DNA of 28,711 nt from Halalkalibacterium halodurans (GCF_004376175.1 NZ_SNUY01000045.1:1-28711), one strand, 5' to 3'; positions 5,239 through 15,144 are shown, numbered from the stretch's first letter. Numbers and translations: made by a program. Notes: generated from the letters alone by a model not told the origin.

Positions 5239-7122
5239 ATGAGTTGGTTGCTTCACCTATACGAAACCTATGAAGCCAATCTCGATCAGGTTGGGAAAAC
5301 GGTGAAAAAGGGAGAGGATCGAGAATACACATTGCTGCCGATCTCCCATACGACCCAAAATGCTCATATCGAAGTAACACTTGACGAAGATGGCGACTTT
5401 CTAAGAGCAAAAGCATTAACGAAAGAGAGCACGTTAATCCCTTGTACAGAAGAGGCTGCCAGTCGCTCAGGTTCAAAGGTTGCACCGTACCCTCTTCACG
5501 ATAAGCTTAGCTATGTTGCTGGTGATTTTGTCAAATACGGAGGAAAGATCAAAAATCAAGACGATGCTCCTTTTGACACCTATATAAAAAATTTAGGTGA
5601 GTGGGCCAATTCCCCGTATGCGACGGAGAAGGTGAAGTGCATTTATACGTATTTGAAAAAAGGGCGATTGATTGAAGACTTGGTCGACGCAGGTGTCCTT
5701 AAGCTCGATGAAAACCAACAATTGATCGAAAAATGGGAAAAGCGATATGAAGAGCTACTGGGGGAAAAGCCCGCTATTTTTTCAAGTGGTGCTACCGATC
5801 AAGCGAGTGCTTTTGTGAGATTCAATGTTTTTCACCCTGAGTCGATCGACGATGTTTGGAAAGACAAAGAGATGTTTGATTCATTTATTTCTTTTTATAA
5901 TGACAAATTAGGCGAAGAGGATATTTGTTTCGTCACAGGGAACAGGCTTCCTAGCACAGAACGCCATGCAAATAAGATCCGTCATGCGGCGGATAAGGCA
6001 AAATTAATATCAGCTAATGATAACTCTGGTTTTACCTTCCGTGGGCGATTTAAAACAAGTCGAGAAGCCGTGGGCATTAGCTATGAGGTTTCTCAAAAGG
6101 CCCATAATGCTTTGAAATGGCTCATTCATCGCCAAAGTAAAAGCATTGATGATCGTGTGTTTCTTGTTTGGAGTAATGATAACAGTCTTGTGCCTAACCC
6201 AGATGAGGATGCGGTAGACATCATGAAGCATGCCAACCGTGAGTTAGAAAGAGATCCAGATACAGGGCAAATTTTTGCAGGTGAAGTTAAGAAAGCGATC
6301 GGCGGCTATCGGAGTGACTTGAACTATCAACCAGAGGTTCATATTCTCGTTCTTGATTCAGCAACGACTGGGAGAATGGCCGTTCTTTATTATCGAAGTC
6401 TCAATAAAGAACTCTATTTGAATCGTTTAGAGGCGTGGCATGATTCGTGTGCATGGGAGCACCGGTATCGAAGGGACGAAAAGGAGTTTATTTCGTTTTA
6501 TGGGGCACCTGCAACGAAGGATATTGCATTTGCCGCTTATGGACCGAGAGCGAGTGAAAAGGTCATAAAAGGCTTAATGGAACGAATGCTTCCTTGTATT
6601 GTCGATGGGCGTCGGGTCCCAAAGGATATTGTTAGAAGTGCCTTCCAACGGGCTTCAAATCCGGTCTCGATGGAGCGCTGGGAATGGGAAAAAACATTAA
6701 GTATCACATGTGCCCTTATTAGAAAAATGCACATTGAACAAAAGGAGGAATGGGGCGTGCCACTTGATAAAAGCTCAACGGACCGCAGCTACTTGTTTGG
6801 ACGCTTGCTGGCTGTTGCTGATGTGTTGGAGCGAGGGGCTCTCGGTAAGGACGAAACAAGAGCTACCAATGCTATTCGTTATATGAACTCATATTCAAAA
6901 AATCCAGGACGTACGTGGAAAACGATTCAGGAAAGCTTGCAGCCGTACCAAGCCAAACTCGGAACTAAAGCGACCTATTTATCAAAGCTAGTCGACGAGA
7001 TCGGCGATCAATTTGAGCCAGGGGACTTTAACAACAACCCTCTGACGGAACAATATTTGCTTGGGTTTTATAGTCAACGTCGTGAGCTTTATAAGAAAAA
7101 AGAGGAGGAGACCAACCAATGA
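5239..7122 (+). CDS. cas8c: Cas8c (Csd1), I-C large subunit
   Basis: ORF track 5230..7122. The ATG at 5239 lies 8 nt after GGAGG (5226-5230) and is preferred over the GTG at 5230. The stop overlaps the cas7 start (ATGA). Confidence 0.9.
   Translation: MSWLLHLYETYEANLDQVGKTVKKGEDREYTLLPISHTTQNAHIEVTLDEDGDFLRAKALTKESTLIPCTEEAASRSGSKVAPYPLHDKLSYVAGDFVKYGGKIKNQDDAPFDTYIKNLGEWANSPYATEKVKCIYTYLKKGRLIEDLVDAGVLKLDENQQLIEKWEKRYEELLGEKPAIFSSGATDQASAFVRFNVFHPESIDDVWKDKEMFDSFISFYNDKLGEEDICFVTGNRLPSTERHANKIRHAADKAKLISANDNSGFTFRGRFKTSREAVGISYEVSQKAHNALKWLIHRQSKSIDDRVFLVWSNDNSLVPNPDEDAVDIMKHANRELERDPDTGQIFAGEVKKAIGGYRSDLNYQPEVHILVLDSATTGRMAVLYYRSLNKELYLNRLEAWHDSCAWEHRYRRDEKEFISFYGAPATKDIAFAAYGPRASEKVIKGLMERMLPCIVDGRRVPKDIVRSAFQRASNPVSMERWEWEKTLSITCALIRKMHIEQKEEWGVPLDKSSTDRSYLFGRLLAVADVLERGALGKDETRATNAIRYMNSYSKNPGRTWKTIQESLQPYQAKLGTKATYLSKLVDEIGDQFEPGDFNNNPLTEQYLLGFYSQRRELYKKKEEETNQ
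6757..7122 (+). CDS. cas11: Candidate internally translated Cas11c small subunit (same frame as cas8c)
   Basis: An in-frame AAGGAGG (6742-6748) sits 8 nt upstream of an in-frame GTG (6757). An in-frame ATG at 6727 has no SD. Internal Cas11 translation from cas8 genes is established for I-C systems. Confidence 0.5.
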   Translation: MPLDKSSTDRSYLFGRLLAVADVLERGALGKDETRATNAIRYMNSYSKNPGRTWKTIQESLQPYQAKLGTKATYLSKLVDEIGDQFEPGDFNNNPLTEQYLLGFYSQRRELYKKKEEETNQ

Positions 7123-7970
7123 CTATACTTGATCACAAAATTGATTTTGCTGTTATTCTATCTGTTACTAAAGCCAATCCGAATGGAGATCCCCTTAACG
7201 GAAACCGCCCACGTCAAAATTACGATGGGCATGGGGAGATTTCTGATGTTGCGATCAAGCGTAAAATTCGCAATCGTTTGCTAGATATGGAAGAACCTAT
7301 TTTTGTTCAATCTGATGACCGTAAAGCAGATTCTTTTAAAAGTTTGCGAGATCGTGCAGATTCGAATCCTGAGTTAGCCAAAATGCTGAAAGCAAAAAAT
7401 GCGTCTGTTGATGAATTTGCAAAAATTGCTTGTCAAGAGTGGATGGATGTGCGTAGTTTTGGACAAGTATTTGCGTTTAAAGGCTCCAATTTATCCGTTG
7501 GTGTTCGCGGTCCTGTGTCGATTCACACAGCAACGAGCATTGATCCTATTGATATTGTTAGCACCCAGATTACAAAAAGTGTTAACTCGGTCACGGGTGA
7601 TAAACGTAGCTCAGACACCATGGGAATGAAGCACCGTGTCGACTTTGGTGTTTATGTGTTCAAAGGGAGCATTAACACGCAGCTTGCAGAGAAAACAGGC
7701 TTTACGAATGAAGATGCGGAAAAAATCAAGCAGGCACTCATCACCCTGTTTGAAAATGACAGCTCTTCCGCCCGCCCTGATGGGAGCATGGAGGTCCATA
7801 AAGTGTACTGGTGGGAGCATTCTTCAAAGCTTGGACAATACTCTTCTGCCAAAGTGCATCGTTCATTAAAAATTGAATCAAAGACGGATACACCTAAGAG
7901 TTTTGATGATTATGCCGTTGAACTATATGAATTAGATGGCTTGGGTGTTGAAGTGATTGATGGTCAGTAA
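7119..7970 (+). CDS. cas7: Cas7c (Csd2), Cascade backbone subunit
   Basis: 283-aa ORF whose ATG overlaps the cas8c stop. Its position and size match I-C Cas7. Confidence 0.92.
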   Translation: MTILDHKIDFAVILSVTKANPNGDPLNGNRPRQNYDGHGEISDVAIKRKIRNRLLDMEEPIFVQSDDRKADSFKSLRDRADSNPELAKMLKAKNASVDEFAKIACQEWMDVRSFGQVFAFKGSNLSVGVRGPVSIHTATSIDPIDIVSTQITKSVNSVTGDKRSSDTMGMKHRVDFGVYVFKGSINTQLAEKTGFTNEDAEKIKQALITLFENDSSSARPDGSMEVHKVYWWEHSSKLGQYSSAKVHRSLKIESKTDTPKSFDDYAVELYELDGLGVEVIDGQ

Positions 7971-8619
7971 TGAAGAAGACCGCTATTTGCTGTTGTCGGG
8001 ACTCCAGCACTTTCAGTTTTGCAAACGACAGTGGGCCTTGATTCACATCGAGCAGCAGTGGGAAGAGAATGTCAGGACGATTGAAGGGCAGCATTTGCAT
8101 AAAAAAGCCGACCAACCGTTTATGAAAGAAAAGCGGGGAAGCAAATTGACCGTTCGCGCCATGCCCATTCAATCTAAGAACCTTCAAATAAGTGGTATAT
8201 GCGATGTAGTGGAATTTGTTCAGGATTCAGAAGGCATCGAGTTGTCGGGTGTGTCAGGCTGCTATAAGGCATTTCCTGTTGAATACAAGCGAGGGAAGCC
8301 AAAGAAGGGCGATGAAGATATTGTTCAATTGGTGGCTCAAGCGATGTGCTTAGAGGAAATGCTTGTTTGTCGCATTGATAAAGGATATTTGTTTTACAAC
8401 GAGATCAAGCACCGCGTCGAAGTGCCAATCACGGATGCTTTAAGAGATAAAGTAGTACAGATGGCAAAAGAGATGCACCATTACTATGAAAATCGTCATA
8501 CACCGAAAGTGAAGACAGGCCCTTTTTGCAACAATTGCTCGTTGCAATCTATTTGCTTGCCGAAGCTGATGAATAAACGCTCTGTGAAACGTTACATTGA
8601 GGGGAGGCTGAGCGAATGA
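7960..8619 (+). CDS. cas4: Cas4 (RecB-like nuclease with an Fe-S cysteine cluster)
   Basis: The ORF track starts at TTG 7957 and an ATG follows at 7960. It has an N-terminal FCKRQW region, a C-terminal CNNCSLQSIC cysteines motif and a DVVE/EYKRGK nuclease core. Confidence 0.9.
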   Translation: MVSNEEDRYLLLSGLQHFQFCKRQWALIHIEQQWEENVRTIEGQHLHKKADQPFMKEKRGSKLTVRAMPIQSKNLQISGICDVVEFVQDSEGIELSGVSGCYKAFPVEYKRGKPKKGDEDIVQLVAQAMCLEEMLVCRIDKGYLFYNEIKHRVEVPITDALRDKVVQMAKEMHHYYENRHTPKVKTGPFCNNCSLQSICLPKLMNKRSVKRYIEGRLSE

Positions 8620-9647
8620 AAAAGCTATTAAACACTCTATATGTGACTCAGCCTGATACGTATTTGTCCCTTGATGGTGATAATGTGGTATTACTCAAAG
8701 AGCAAGAAAAGCTTGGCAGGTTACCCCTTCACAATTTAGAGGCGATCGTCAGCTTTGGTTATACAGGGGCTAGCCCTGCACTCATGGGGTATTGCGCAGA
8801 GCGAAACATTTCGATCACCTTTTTAACGAAAAATGGGCGTTTTTTGGCGAGAGTGGTCGGGGAAAGTCGAGGCAATGTGGTTTTAAGAAAGACACAATAC
8901 CGCCTGTCTGAGAACGATCAAGAGTCCACAAAAATTGCCCGAAACTTTATCACAGGGAAGGTATACAACAGCAAATGGATGCTTGAACGGATGACGAGGG
9001 AACATCCGCTTCGGGTCAATGTTGAACAATTTAAAGCAACCTCTCAACTTCTGTCCGTTATGATGCAAGAGATCCGCAATTGTGACAGCTTAGAAAGTTT
9101 ACGTGGATGGGAAGGGCAGGCGGCGATCAACTATAATAAAGTGTTTGATCAGATGATCTTGCAGCAGAAAGAGGACTTCGCTTTTCATGGACGTTCAAGA
9201 AAGCCGCCAAAGGACAATGTGAATGCGATGTTATCATTTGCTTACACGTTACTCGCCAATGATGTAGCTGCTGCGCTCGAAACGGTGGGTCTTGATGCTT
9301 ATGTCGGTTTTATGCATCAAGACCGTCCTGGCCGGGCGTCCCTTGCCCTGGATCTTATGGAAGAACTAAGGGGCCTTTATGCTGATCGATTTGTTCTTTC
9401 CCTTATTAATCGTAAGGAAATGACAGCGGATGGATTTTATAAAAAGGAAAACGGAGCTGTCCTGATGACGGATGAAGCACGTAAAACGTTTTTGAAAGCA
9501 TGGCAAACCAAGAAACAGGAAAAAATCACGCATCCATATCACGGAGAAAAAATGTCGTGGGGGCTAGTACCTTATGTACAGGCTTTGCTGCTGGCGCGCT
9601 TTCTTCGAGGAGATTTAGACGAATATCCGCCATTTCTGTGGAAGTAG
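8616..9647 (+). CDS. cas1: Cas1 integrase
   Basis: 343-aa ORF whose ATG overlaps the cas4 stop. NTLYVTQPDTYLSLDGDNVV is a typical Cas1 N-terminus. Confidence 0.95.
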   Translation: MKKLLNTLYVTQPDTYLSLDGDNVVLLKEQEKLGRLPLHNLEAIVSFGYTGASPALMGYCAERNISITFLTKNGRFLARVVGESRGNVVLRKTQYRLSENDQESTKIARNFITGKVYNSKWMLERMTREHPLRVNVEQFKATSQLLSVMMQEIRNCDSLESLRGWEGQAAINYNKVFDQMILQQKEDFAFHGRSRKPPKDNVNAMLSFAYTLLANDVAAALETVGLDAYVGFMHQDRPGRASLALDLMEELRGLYADRFVLSLINRKEMTADGFYKKENGAVLMTDEARKTFLKAWQTKKQEKITHPYHGEKMSWGLVPYVQALLLARFLRGDLDEYPPFLWK

Positions 9648-9655
9648 GTGAAAGC

Positions 9656-9946
9656 ATGCTTGTTTTAATTACGTATGATGTCCAAACCTCAAGCATGGGA
9701 GGCACGAAAAGGCTTCGAAAAGTGGCCAAAGTGTGCCAAAATTATGGACAACGAGTGCAAAACTCTGTCTTTGAGTGCATTGTGGATTCAACTCAATTAA
9801 CGTCGTTAAAATTAGAACTCACTAGTTTAATTGACGAAGAAAAAGACAGTTTGCGCATCTACCGATTAGGAAACAACTATAAAACCAAAGTAGAGCATAT
9901 TGGAGCCAAGCCATCTATCGATGTAGAGGACCCTCTTATCTTTTAA
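9656..9946 (+). CDS. cas2: Cas2
   Basis: MLVLITYDV... starts at ATG 9656, giving 96 aa. The longer track ORF from 9500 overlaps the cas1 3' end and is not credible. Confidence 0.93.
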   Translation: MLVLITYDVQTSSMGGTKRLRKVAKVCQNYGQRVQNSVFECIVDSTQLTSLKLELTSLIDEEKDSLRIYRLGNNYKTKVEHIGAKPSIDVEDPLIF

Positions 9947-10127
9947 TGGTGCGAACCCCAAGCGCACATAAAATCCCTAGAGGACCCGCACCAAAAAACG
10001 AGCATATTATGTGTAAATATGTGATACTATGTAATAGAATGTAGATCACAACATGGAAAAAGAACAGAATGAACGAAAATTTCCTATTTTATCAAAGTGA
10101 TTTTCTAGAATCTAGGGGATTTTCGCT
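9947..10127 (+). promoter_or_regulatory. CRISPR leader (AT-rich)
   Basis: 181 nt between the cas2 stop and the first repeat. It is AT-rich and shows no similarity to the sequence upstream of the mini-array. Confidence 0.7.
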
Positions 10128-13100
10128 GTCGCACTCTTCATGGGTGCGTGGATTGAAATCTAACGAATTAAATTACATCGTCGAAGAAATCACGTCGCAC
10201 TCTTCATGGGTGCGTGGATTGAAATTGCGACTCCCCACTCACCATCACAAACGATCCTTGTCGCACTCTTCATGGGTGCGTGGATTGAAATGCGCCTCTT
10301 CCATCGTGATCCCCTCAGCCTTGGCGTCGCACTCTTCATGGGTGCGTGGATTGAAATAAGACATTAGCTTTTTTCTAAAAGCAAGAAAGCGAGTCGCACT
10401 CTTCATGGGTGCGTGGATTGAAATTTTTGTGATGAGATTCGTGGAGCCCAAGCGTTCAACGTCGCACTCTTCATGGGTGCGTGGATTGAAATTTTCGCAT
10501 AAACAGACATAGCTTTGACTTGCCCTGTCGCACTCTTCATGGGTGCGTGGATTGAAATTAATTGAAGTAGCTTCAAGGCTGAAAGAGGAACGGTCGCACT
10601 CTTCATGGGTGCGTGGATTGAAATACCGTATGCGTATTGTTAAGGTTTTGGAAGAACAGTCGCACTCTTCATGGGTGCGTGGATTGAAATCAGAAGCGAG
10701 GGAGCTAGCGGACAAGATTACAACGTCGCACTCTTCATGGGTGCGTGGATTGAAATCAGTCGGCTTATATCAAATTTTTAGAAAAAGAAGTCGCACTCTT
10801 CATGGGTGCGTGGATTGAAATCCTCCGCCTTTGTAGTAAATCTTTTTATCGCCAGGTCGCACTCTTCATGGGTGCGTGGATTGAAATATTAGAGCGAAAT
10901 CGCTAAAGAAAGTATTTAAAGTCGCACTCTTCATGGGTGCGTGGATTGAAATATACTCACTACATTGCAAGATGTAGGCGCTACTGGTCGCACTCTTCAT
11001 GGGTGCGTGGATTGAAATGCCCGAAAAACCTTGAAGTTGTCTGGAAGGACACGTCGCACTCTTCATGGGTGCGTGGATTGAAATTGATGACGTTTCTATA
11101 TCATCTAATGGTTTTATACGTCGCACTCTTCATGGGTGCGTGGATTGAAATTGGCTATCATCGCAGGATACATTAGTTTTTTGGGGTCGCACTCTTCATG
11201 GGTGCGTGGATTGAAATTTTGGATGAAACCATGAGAGAAATGCAGGCAGAAAGTCGCACTCTTCATGGGTGCGTGGATTGAAATCATCTTTGCCAACTCC
11301 GTCACCGCGAATCAGATAGGTCGCACTCTTCATGGGTGCGTGGATTGAAATTTGCAGCAAACATTCTATGTTTTAAAAAGCGAAAGTCGCACTCTTCATG
11401 GGTGCGTGGATTGAAATTCTCTTGTACCCCCTCAAGTTAGAGGAGATAATGTCGCACTCTTCATGGGTGCGTGGATTGAAATTTCAATCCCGACCGCAAT
11501 TCCTTCTGGGATCCATGTCGCACTCTTCATGGGTGCGTGGATTGAAATGTCTATTGTAAACTCACCTAAAGTATTATAAAATGTCGCACTCTTCATGGGT
11601 GCGTGGATTGAAATTGAGCCACACTAGAGTCTACCTATTCCTCCACCGGTCGCACTCTTCATGGGTGCGTGGATTGAAATGATTAAGTGATGTAAGTTGC
11701 CGTATTCGTCGACTCGTCGCACTCTTCATGGGTGCGTGGATTGAAATATTTGCTACATCGTGATATGTTCCCGTCCATTGTGTCGCACTCTTCATGGGTG
11801 CGTGGATTGAAATATTCATATCGATCCACAGATCGCCTAAGGCGGGAGTCGCACTCTTCATGGGTGCGTGGATTGAAATGATACCACACGATTTATAGAT
11901 ACCATCGATGACGGTCGCACTCTTCATGGGTGCGTGGATTGAAATTCGTGAGCTTTCAATAGCGGTGTTAGCTGATCCATGTCGCACTCTTCATGGGTGC
12001 GTGGATTGAAATCTTGCGTGACTTTCTTTTCCGCGTATTCTTGTACGTCGCACTCTTCATGGGTGCGTGGATTGAAATTCCGCTTTCAAACCCTCTTACA
12101 TAGTTCCTTCCACGTCGCACTCTTCATGGGTGCGTGGATTGAAATAATTAAGTGATGTAAGTTGCCGTATTCGTCGACTGTCGCACTCTTCATGGGTGCG
12201 TGGATTGAAATGCCCCGCCAATGGCTTTATCCATTCCACCTTTAGGTCGCACTCTTCATGGGTGCGTGGATTGAAATCTCCTGGTGAGTTGACATATAGA
12301 TTAATAGTGTCGTCGCACTCTTCATGGGTGCGTGGATTGAAATCTCCTGGTGAGTTGACATATAGATTAATAGTGTCGTCGCACTCTTCATGGGTGCGTG
12401 GATTGAAATCTCGAATAACCTAAACCTCGTTGAATACTTATCTCGTCGCACTCTTCATGGGTGCGTGGATTGAAATGTAACTTATCTGCAGATAGAATAT
12501 TCTTGTACCAAGTCGCACTCTTCATGGGTGCGTGGATTGAAATAATTAAGTGATGTAAGTTGCCGTATTCGTCGACTGTCGCACTCTTCATGGGTGCGTG
12601 GATTGAAATCTTCTGTGTCACGGTACTTATCGACTTCAAAAAGCACGTCGCACTCTTCATGGGTGCGTGGATTGAAATCCGTCCATTGTCTGACATGACG
12701 TTGTGACATCCATGTCGCACTCTTCATGGGTGCGTGGATTGAAATCATCCTGTAAGGTTTTATTTAGCTCGATAAAGGGTCGCACTCTTCATGGGTGCGT
12801 GGATTGAAATATCCGTACCATACAATTCTTGCGTAAAAAATGTTGTCGCACTCTTCATGGGTGCGTGGATTGAAATTATACAGCGGAAATCCAAGAAGCC
12901 TTTAAGCCAGAGTCGCACTCTTCATGGGTGCGTGGATTGAAATTTTTTTAGCACGCTCATATGCACTTATAATGTCCGTCGCACTCTTCATGGGTGCGTG
13001 GATTGAAATGAGAAAGTCAACGTATCGTGCTGTGATTCTGCGCCCGTCGCACTCTTCATGGGTGCGTGGATTGAAATTTTCGAGAAAGTCAACGTATCGA

Positions 13101-13401
13101 GCGGTTATCCTGTCGCACTCTTCATGGGTGCGTGGATTGAAATTCCTGCCCACTCTAATAATCTAGCTTGGTTTTCTGTCGCACTCTTCATGGGTGCGTG
13201 GATTGAAATAAGATAAAACTCAAAGACTTGAAGGACGTGAACAGGTCGCACTCTTCATGGGTGCGTGGATTGAAATTAACACAAGCCGGTTTAATTCTAG
13301 TGGCGAAAACGGTCGCACTCTTCATGGGTGCGTGGATTGAAATATGCCTCTCAATCATGCTTGATCCGGGTGACACTCATGAACGTGTATTCGAATAAAA
13401 T
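10128..13401 (+). CRISPR. Main I-C CRISPR array: 49 identical 32-nt repeats, 48 spacers (33-37 nt) and a degenerate terminal repeat
   Basis: GTCGCACTCTTCATGGGTGCGTGGATTGAAAT was counted at 49 positions, with the first at 10128 and the last at 13312-13343. The degenerate copy GTGACACTCATGAACGTGTATTCGAATAAAAT at 13370-13401 matches about 17/32. Confidence 0.98.
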
Positions 13402-13671
13402 CAAGTCAGAGGTTAAAAGACCTTACAGACTCGGAACGGAAATTACTGATTGTCTTTTATGATTAATGCAGGCAAGCCGCTTTCCCTTCCAATCATCAGC
13501 CTGCGTATAAGAAGAAGTGAGGGCGAGATTCGCAAAATGGTGGACGATTTATGTAAACGGGGATGGCTAGCCCCTGAAAATGGTCGCTTAAAGGTGATGA
13601 GGAGTGTAATAAAATAAGACCGCCCCTCACTAGGTAGAGACGGTGATTTTCCAATTCTTTTGTATAGTTGT

Positions 13672-14229
13672 TTAATCCAAAAAACTAAACATCTCTAAAT
13701 TTTCCAAGTACCATTGGAAATATTCATCCTCTGGATCTTCCTTATAATCTAACAGACCAGCCTCAACCTTACCAGCGATGACTAACGCATTAATATAACG
13801 GCCAATCTTTTCACATTCGCGTACAATGAATTCGGTGACATGTTTACCGTCCTTACTTTCAAGAATTACATTGACCCTTCGGCCTTCATGTTCATCGATG
13901 TTAATATGGGTGAGAGTGTGATCTTCCTTCGTTTCTAATTGATTAAAATCAAACGGATTTAAACGGTTGTCGATTATTTCCTCACAGTGTTCCTTTTTTT
14001 CTGTTGGTGAGTACCATTTGTTTAAGATCACAGGGTCGTCGATGACTAAGCACTTGTAAATAGAATCTTCATCTAAGTGATCGTGAAACTTTAACTTAAT
14101 CATGTATTCATTAGGGATTTCTCTCGCTTTAAATTTTGAGACCAGAATTCTTTCCACATCATCTCGAGTAAAAACAAGCTGTTTCTTTTGGCGTAGGTAT
14201 TTTTTAAATAACTTGTTATAATCTTTCAA
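13672..14229 (-). CDS. Hypothetical acidic cytoplasmic protein (185 aa), last gene of the S8 protease operon
   Basis: ORF track. The start is TTG, and the SD AGGAGG overlaps the stop of the upstream gene. I recognise no motif. Confidence 0.7.
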   Translation of the reverse strand: MKDYNKLFKKYLRQKKQLVFTRDDVERILVSKFKAREIPNEYMIKLKFHDHLDEDSIYKCLVIDDPVILNKWYSPTEKKEHCEEIIDNRLNPFDFNQLETKEDHTLTHINIDEHEGRRVNVILESKDGKHVTEFIVRECEKIGRYINALVIAGKVEAGLLDYKEDPEDEYFQWYLENLEMFSFLD

Positions 14230-14244
14230 AGTATTCCATACCTC

Positions 14245-15144
14245 CTATTTAACTGGGGGTCCATAAAAAGCATGGGAAGCGGGCTTTTTATTTCCTGCGT
14301 GCCAATGCCAGTATCGTCCTTTCCGAGGTTTTCCGTCCTTTCTATCAACCTCTTTATACGGAGATTTCTTAGGGTTCGCACGTTGTGCGATTTGTTTTGC
14401 TTGATTACTTGATACTGACCACGTATCTCTTCCGCTCTTGAAGCGTTTTACAGCCCCAGACAAGCTTAATCCTCTGCCTATATAAACATCTCCATTTCTA
14501 ATAGCTGCTTGGAAATGATTATACTTTTTATCTCTTTTCTTATTTTTAGCTTTTGAACCAGTCAATTGATTGGCGGCAACAAATGCTACACCTCCAACGA
14601 TAATCATTCCCCCGGCATGATATAACGCAGTAAGTGCAGATTTACTTAGAAGAATACCTGCAGGGATGGCAAAAGCAATTGAAGCTGTCCCTTCACTAGA
14701 ATCATAGTCAATTACTTCTCCTGTTTCAATTTCTTTGTAAGAAGCTACAAACTCTTCTTCGTCCAGCTCTTCAATTTCAAACTCGTATTCAGTAAATGTC
14801 TCTTCTCCATCTATTATATCGGTCACTGTCAACTTAAATACATCACTACCTGGCTCAACTTCAATTACAGCTTGAATAAAATGTCCATCTTCTGCTTCAA
14901 CTTCCGTTTCAATCATCAGAACGTCATAATCAATCTCCAAATTTAATAATTCTATATTCTCTTCCTCTAGCTCTTCTTCTAGATCTTCTTCTAGATCTTC
15001 TTCAATCTCCTCTATCCACTGGTCTTCAAAATCACTATTCTTTTCAGCATTCAGTTGAGCTTGGACATGATTTAATGGAACACTACTCAATATTAGTGCT
15101 AAAACTAAGAATGATATGAACGTTTTATAAATAATCTTGTTCAT
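14245..15144 (-). CDS. Secreted/membrane protein: signal peptide, very acidic domain, hydrophobic hairpin, very basic C-terminal domain (299 aa)
   Basis: ORF track. The signal peptide is MNKIIYKTFISFLVLALILSSVPLNHVQAQ, and EEDLEEDLEEELEEE runs follow. The hydrophobic stretch is IAFAIPAGILL...MIIVGGVAFVAA. The C-terminus is KAKNKKRDKK...GRYWHWHAGNKKPASHAFYG. The SD GGGAG sits 7 nt before the ATG. Confidence 0.75.
   Translation of the reverse strand: MNKIIYKTFISFLVLALILSSVPLNHVQAQLNAEKNSDFEDQWIEEIEEDLEEDLEEELEEENIELLNLEIDYDVLMIETEVEAEDGHFIQAVIEVEPGSDVFKLTVTDIIDGEETFTEYEFEIEELDEEEFVASYKEIETGEVIDYDSSEGTASIAFAIPAGILLSKSALTALYHAGGMIIVGGVAFVAANQLTGSKAKNKKRDKKYNHFQAAIRNGDVYIGRGLSLSGAVKRFKSGRDTWSVSSNQAKQIAQRANPKKSPYKEVDRKDGKPRKGRYWHWHAGNKKPASHAFYGPPVK

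Noticed and set aside
9500-9655. N-terminal extension of the cas2 ORF in the track (start at 9500).
   Set aside because: It overlaps the cas1 3' end in another frame. The canonical Cas2 N-terminus MLVLITYDV starts at 9656.
10069-13376. Many track ORFs on both strands across the arrays, with repeating peptides HSSWVRGLK, ISIHAPMKSAT and FNPRTHEECD. The ORF at 1221..1415 is of the same kind.
   Set aside because: They are translations of the 32-nt CRISPR repeat in different frames and are not genes.
13370-13401. Whether the degenerate terminal repeat is real, given the short (26-nt) preceding spacer.
   Set aside because: It is kept only as part of the array call. Identity is about 17/32 and the alignment could be shifted, so it is not reported as a separate feature.
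13459-13617. 52-codon ORF after the array (MINAGKPLSLPIISLRIRRSEGEIRKMVDDLCKRGWLAPENGRLKVMRSVIK), which looks like the tail of a winged-helix regulator.
   Set aside because: It has no SD and is very short. It is probably a gene remnant at the array's distal end, and I cannot support calling it a gene or a specific pseudogene.
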